From: Azolla caroliniana
Lineage: Eukaryota; Plantae; Polypodiophyta
Assembly (NCBI GenBank): GCA_043228905.1
Contig: JBHGNT010000001.1
Span: 14,012,001-14,076,000 of the forward strand
Direction: 5' to 3'
Length of the DNA: 64,000 nt
In this document: piece after piece, positions 58,478-64,000 of the stretch
Position numbering within the stretch: the first letter of the stretch is position 1
How the letters are laid out: each line of letters begins with the position of its first letter
Notes under the pieces: model-generated
What the model was told of the DNA's origin: nothing
Databases searched by the model: none
Seen by the model: the letters and a program-made list of their open reading frames with translations, nothing else
Program-made: the position numbers and the translations under genes

Positions 58478-61420
58478 TGTTAACGTGCGGAAGCGTTAGA
58501 CAGAACCGGCTTAGCCGGATAGCAATAGAGAATAAGATGAAGGTTTAATGGAGAAGCTTAATACATAGAGAATACGCGTGGGAGAGACAGAGACAGAGAC
58601 AGAGAGAGAGAGTAGAACATAAACTCCATTCAAAATAACACTCTGAAAACTCTGTGTACATACAACGTGCTAAACAACACTATTTTTACAAGTCCATAAA
58701 GGACTGACAAGTACTTCAATATTCCTACGTGCGACTGACACTAACTACGAGACAATGATTACCTAGTAGTCTAGGCTACTACTAGGCTTCCGGTTCCCGC
58801 TCGAATCCGGCTCTCCGATCCGTCTCCCCGATTTGGTCGGTTGTTTCCGGATACCATCCGGATACCGATCTGGCTCATCCTTCCAGATGCCGATCCGGCT
58901 CAGGCTTCTTCAGCCGATCCGGATCCGGTTGAGCTTGCTCGCTCAAAACTCCCCCTAAAGCTCAACTTGAGGTCGGATCGTGGTGTTAGTGTTCGTGGTA
59001 GCCGGTTCTTCTACGCGGCTCCTTTTGGCGTTGGTCCGCCTTGCTTGCGCTCCTCGTCCGGTCCTGTCCCTTTTGCCCCGACCGTTCTGGTTCTGCGCAC
59101 CTCGACCTCCTCGGTCGGCTTGTCTGCTCAACAAGCCCATTTCAGCTCCCTCGCTACTACGACTCCGACGCTTGTCGATCCGTTGGTTCCTTCGTGTTGG
59201 CGTCGACTTTCATTGTGTCCTTGTTCGCTTGGCTTTTAGTTGATTTGGCTTCTCCGAATCTTGAACCGAATTGGTTTCCTTCGATTCGTTCCAGCTCTTA
59301 TCGGAGTTGGTGTTCTCCAACACGTCTTCCGGTTTCAGGCCCTTCACCATATCAGACCATGCCTGGGTCTTGGCCTTCTCCCTCTGGTCGGCTTTGTCCT
59401 TCTTGACTCTACTGGAGTTGCCGCTCGTTCCGACTTGTTCGGATGGGCCGACTTCCTTCGTTGACTCGGCTTCCTTATTCCTCTTGTCTCCCTCTTTGTT
59501 GGTTCTTTCTTCCTCTCCGCCTCCTTGTCCGGTGCCATCCGTTCTCTTTCCTTTTCTCCCCTCAAGTGCGGCACGTCGAGATGCTGAAAACCAAGCATTT
59601 TGGTGAAGTGTTGCAACTTGTCCGATCCGAGTGGTTTGGTGAAGATATCGGCAACTTGTCGATTTATCTAAACATACCGAAGGTCAACTTCATCGCTCAA
59701 AACCCGCTCACACACAAAGTGATAGTGAACGTTTATGCGCTTCGTTTGAGCATGGAACACGGGGTTCTTGGTGAGTTGTATGATGCTCATGGTGTCACAG
59801 TAGATTAGGATTGGGGTCGGCACCTCGATCCGGAGATCTTGCAGTAGTCTCTGAAGCTAGATGGCTTCATAGGTGGCATTGGTAGTGCCCCGATACTTAG
59901 CCTTAGTGCTCAACAGAGCCATTGTTGGCTACTTTTTGCTGCTCCACGCAACAACCGCGATACCTAGAGAAAACATGTAACCGGAGGTGGATCGGTGATC
60001 CGATGCATCACCGGCCTAGTTGGCATCTGTATATCCGACTAGCTCTTCGTTTATACCATGCCGGTATAACAGTCCCTGATCCTTCGTACCGCTCACATAC
60101 CACAATATTCGATGCGCGCACTGAAGGTGCTCCACAGTTGGCTTTTGCATGAATTGGCTGATCACACCAGGCTTCAGACAATTTGTCGGAACTGTTTCTC
60201 ATCGCAGGTTGGTCCGGAGTTGGGACGGAGCTTCTGGTTTCGGTCTAGGGGTGGAGATAGGTCGACAGTCAGTCATGCCGAACTTGTACAACATATTCAA
60301 CGCATAGTGTCGTTGTGAGAGCAATATGCCGTCGGGGGTTCGGATCACCTCGATCCCAAGAAAATAATGAAGGTCCCCTAGGTCCTTCATTTCAAATGTG
60401 TTTGACAGCTGGGACTTTACTCGGCCGATTTCATTGAGTCCGGGTCCGGTGATGACTAAATCATCAACATAAAGTAGGATGCAAACCGGACCGTCCGGAC
60501 CTTGCCGGATGAACAACGATGAGTTGGATTTAGATGTCATAAACCCCATCTTACGCAACCAGTGTGTGATCTTCGCATTCCAAGCTCGGGGGGCTTGTCT
60601 CAGACCGTAAAGCGACTTCTTAAGCCGGCACACCGCCGACTTGTTCATCTCTGACTGAAAACCGGGAGGTTGGATCATATAGACCCGTTCTTCAAGGTCA
60701 CCTTGAAGAAACACATTCTTCACGTCCATCTGGTAAAGATCTAACCCCCTTGTCGCAACAACTGCCAATACCACACGAATCGTCGTCGTCTTCGCTATCG
60801 GAGCAAAGGTCTCGTCGTAATCGATTCCGTGGGTATGTGCGTACCCCTTCGCCACTAACCGGGCCTTGTACCAGTTAACCGAACCGTCGGCATTGCACTT
60901 TACCTTGTACACCCATTTGCAACTGATCGGTTTACAGTGTCGGGGAGGGTCAACGAGGTCCCATGTGTCGTTGGCATCGAGTGCCCGCATTTCTTCCTCC
61001 ATAGCGGCATGCCAATTTGCGTCCTTCGCCGCTTCTACATAGCTCTCCAGCTCACACACTTCCGCCACTTTGGTCATGTATGCATAGTGATGCGCCATGT
61101 ACTCATTGTACCCATACCGCGTAACGGGGTTCTTCTGGCGGGATGACCGACGTAACTTGTCGTTACCCGGTTTGAGGCCCTTCTTGGCCGATTCAGACTT
61201 CCTTTCTAAAGATCCGCCTTCTTCCTTTCCGGAGTCAGATTCGCGCCAATCCGACTGAATGTTGCCGGTTTCGTAGTCCGGCATCTTCTTCTTCCCCTTC
61301 TTTTTGCACATGAACCGTCTCCTCGGTTCTTTGCGGGGGGAGAGCACGACAGAGTCTCCACTAGTCGCCGATTCCTCATCCGACAAGTCATCCCGACTCA
61401 GCCACTCATTCGGTCCACTT
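58478..61420 (-). mobile_element. 3' half of a Copia element (3' LTR 58478-58948, RNaseH, RT) inserted in the chromovirus
   Basis: ORF 60199..61386 has YKARLVAKGY, QMDVKN and LYVDD and resembles the RT at 14290-15327; PPT at 58949; 5' half missing. Confidence 0.9.
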
Positions 61421-61810
61421 AGGTCCTTTCCATATTATTAGCAAAATTAATGATGTCTCTTTTCGTCTTGTTCTACCTCCGCAACTATGAATACATATGG
61501 TATCAAGACAACACTATTGTGAATCGTATTACACCACCTCCACCCCCAATCGAGCTTGAAGTAGGACCAAAGTACGAAGTAGCTGCCATCCTCGATTCCA
61601 ATATTGTTCGCAAGAAGCTATACTATTTGGTCAATTGGCTAGGCTATGGTCCAAGCGAGCGTACTTGGCAACCACTCGAGAATGTGGTAAATGCTCGAGC
61701 TCTTGTTGAGGTCTTTCATTGGCAATATCTCGACAAGCCAGGTCCTCCATCTAAGACGACTCGTAACACTCGTCGTCTTAAGGGGGGGGGGGTTAGTGTC
61801 ATGATATAGC

Positions 61811-62864
61811 TGTTGGGAACATGTTCCTCCGGATGGGAAGAGAAGTACCGTGTTGGTGAGTATCTCGGTTGAGGTCGAAACCGAAATTGAAATCGAAAAT
61901 TGAAATCGTTTTAGAAGACTATAATTGTAAATAGTCTAAAATGCTCCTTGGGGGCTATACTTGTAAATAGCTAGAAAGTTGATTTTGTTTATAAGCGACT
62001 AGGGCAAACTTTAGTAAGTGGAGTTGATCGTTATTGAAAAAGTAAGAATGAGATAGTTGCCTCTGTAACCGTGAGTGAGAGTGTAACTCCGTAGTTGTTT
62101 GTCAGACCAAGGAGAACTTGAGGTCTTTGCCTCTCAGTTTCATATTTGTACTTCCTCTCTATCATAGTTATATGTTTTCTCGGGGTTTGTGGACCCCCGT
62201 GATTCTTCCCATTTCGGGTTTCCCACGTAAATATCGGTGTCTCTGTGTCTTTACGTTTTTTCTGTCTATGTACTAGTTCTTGGTTTTCTGCACACGAATA
62301 TGAATGTGAAACTGGTTGTGGCCGGTCGTTTCCTAACAAAGTGGTATCAGAGTGATGGAAGACCCATTCGGCGGCATGTTTAAGCTAACTGGCTCCAACT
62401 ACTCAGTGTGGAAGTCGAAGATGAGAGACATGCTCGTGTGCAAAAACCTCTGGCTGCCGGTGCATTTCAGAGATAAAAGACCAGACAAGATCAATGCAAT
62501 GATTTGGGAAGTGTTGCATCTGAAGGCGGTTGCATATATAAGGTGTTTTATAGACACGAGTCTATAGAACAACTTCAACGAAGAAACAGAAGCAGACGTC
62601 CTATGGAAGAAGATCGGCGTTGTTCGAAAACAAGAATGCCGTGAACCGAGTCTCAATATTTCGAAAAATCGTGAGGTTCCGGTATCAGGATGGCTCGAGT
62701 ATGGCGGAGCACATCAATGCCTTCCAAGGATTAATGAACCAAACCACCTTTCTAGAAGTACCTCTCGCCGACGAGGTATTAGCACTGTTGTTGTTGGGAT
62801 CCCTTCCGGACAATTGGGAAACGCTGGTTGTCACGTTAGGCAATGCGGGACCGGAAGGGAAACA
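61811..62864 (+). mobile_element. Copia 5' LTR (61811-62338), iMet PBS and gag start, inserted 14 bp into the chromovirus 3' LTR
   Basis: TGTTGGG...CCTAACA, TGGTATCAGAG at 62342, gag KLTGSNYSVWKSKM...LGSLPDNWETLVV. Confidence 0.88.
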
Positions 62865-64000
62865 TGTTATGTACACATAACGTTGGTGAGGGTAGGTCAC
62901 TAATATTTACATTAGTGAAGGGTATGTTCACTAATGTTAAAAAAGGGGCTAATGTGATTGGATAGAAGGAATGATTGGTGCATGCACTATCATGATTTGG
63001 GCAACCAATGAATGGAGACCCTTTTAGAAAGGCACATCTATTCAAGGGGCCTAGGAAAAGGTATAAATATGAGGCTTAGCTACCCTCATAAGGACATTAC
63101 ATCGGAAGGCTGCTGTCTTAGACATCGGTGGTACGGGCTAGGCTTTCGTCTTGACGATTGTGTTTATCTCGTCCAAGGTATTCGTCATCCTAATATTCGG
63201 CGGTATGGGACATCAATGCTATGTCTATATCATAAAAAAAGGTTGGCTATGTCTAGATCATAACTCGGGGGTGGTCGGGTGGAACGGGTTCTTCTATCCA
63301 ATCTATTTTCCTTCTTTTACTTTACTTTGGTCTATTGATTAGTAATAGACTCTTAACAGTGGTATCAGAGCATTTACTAACAATTTTTTTTTGTTTTGTT
63401 TTGATTTTTTTTGCGTGTGAGCGATGAGGATCTAACAAGGCTCGTCTTGCTCTTCATAGTATCAAAACAACATTCTTAACCCGGTATTCTTCTTTCTCGA
63501 TCTCTCTTTTCTTTTCAATGATGCTTTCTTCTTGGTCATATGGAAGTGGTATTACGTTTTCTTTTCTTTTCTTTCTTCTTTCTACCATGATACGATGTTA
63601 ATCTACTTATGCATCGGGTCGAGCTTGTTTGCACTTATCGCACACGCTCAACTCATGGCCCATTTGCATATTGCGATGTATCTCCCACTCTCTATTCTCT
63701 TGAGCCATCTCTTACAATAATAATTATTCTTGTGCATCGGGTCGAGCGTGTTTGCCCTAATCGCACACGCTCACCTCATGACCCTTTTGCATATGATGTT
63801 GAGTATGGCACCATTCCCTTTATTGAGCCATCACTTGGCCGATTCTATGGGATGTTGTGGTCTTAACGAGGTGTATGTCGCCTACCTATGCCACTCTATT
63901 CTCTATTGAGCTATCACTTGGCCAATTCTACTCACAAGACTAGAATATTACTTGCGAGTGCACTTGTTTTTCCACGTAATACACTTTCTCGACCATATCA
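62865..64000 (+). mobile_element. LTR (62865-63358), iMet PBS and non-coding repeat-containing internal region, inserted in the preceding gag; runs out of the window
   Basis: TGTTAT...TTAACA, TGGTATCAGAGC at 63360; ~120-bp imperfect repeats from ~63610. Confidence 0.8.

Larger units (their letters stand above)
56737..61810 (+). mobile_element. Chromovirus-type Gypsy element (Tcn1-like), internally deleted and interrupted
   Basis: 5' LTR 56737-57189; gag 57250-58390 (KEPKIGLP.KFDG, LRQG, PMEID, CLYCGGPRH); GPF motif at 61422 and chromodomain YEVAAILDS...YLVNWLGYGPSERTWQP. G-run PPT; 3' LTR start TGTCATGATATAGC at 61797 is identical to 56737. Confidence 0.88.

Noticed and set aside
58841-59606. 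env-like or extra ORF in the Copia 3' region
   Set aside because: Short low-complexity ORFs in several frames with no consistent transmembrane or conserved motif.

Overview
Eukaryotic plant genomic DNA, probably from a non-seed plant such as a fern (inferred from the retroelement types and short GT-AG introns), and mostly transposable elements. Three host genes are supported: the 3' exons of an atypical bHLH gene (+, 97-803), a complete 9-exon COQ3 O-methyltransferase (-, 2195-7449, 318 aa when spliced by hand) and an intronless TIFY/JAZ-like gene (+, ~41545-42192). The rest is dominated by two LTR-retrotransposon nests. Nest 1 (10439-35249) is a Copia element holding a Gypsy solo LTR and a full Gypsy element, which itself holds two young Copia elements; every target-site duplication (TSD) can be read. 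Nest 2 (51.7-64 kb) contains Copia remnants, a 5'-truncated LINE, a tRNA-Arg-primed LTR, a chromovirus and further Copia insertions. The most unusual signal: three different Gypsy LTR families each carry an antisense tRNA-like Pol III A-box/B-box module in U3 with identical 32-nt spacing. Also notable are a candidate -1 frameshift after protease, a tRNA-Trp primer site and 4-bp CpG-centred TSDs in the large Gypsy lineage, and a candidate Tf1-type self-priming site in the chromovirus. All alignments were done by eye; no database searches were run.
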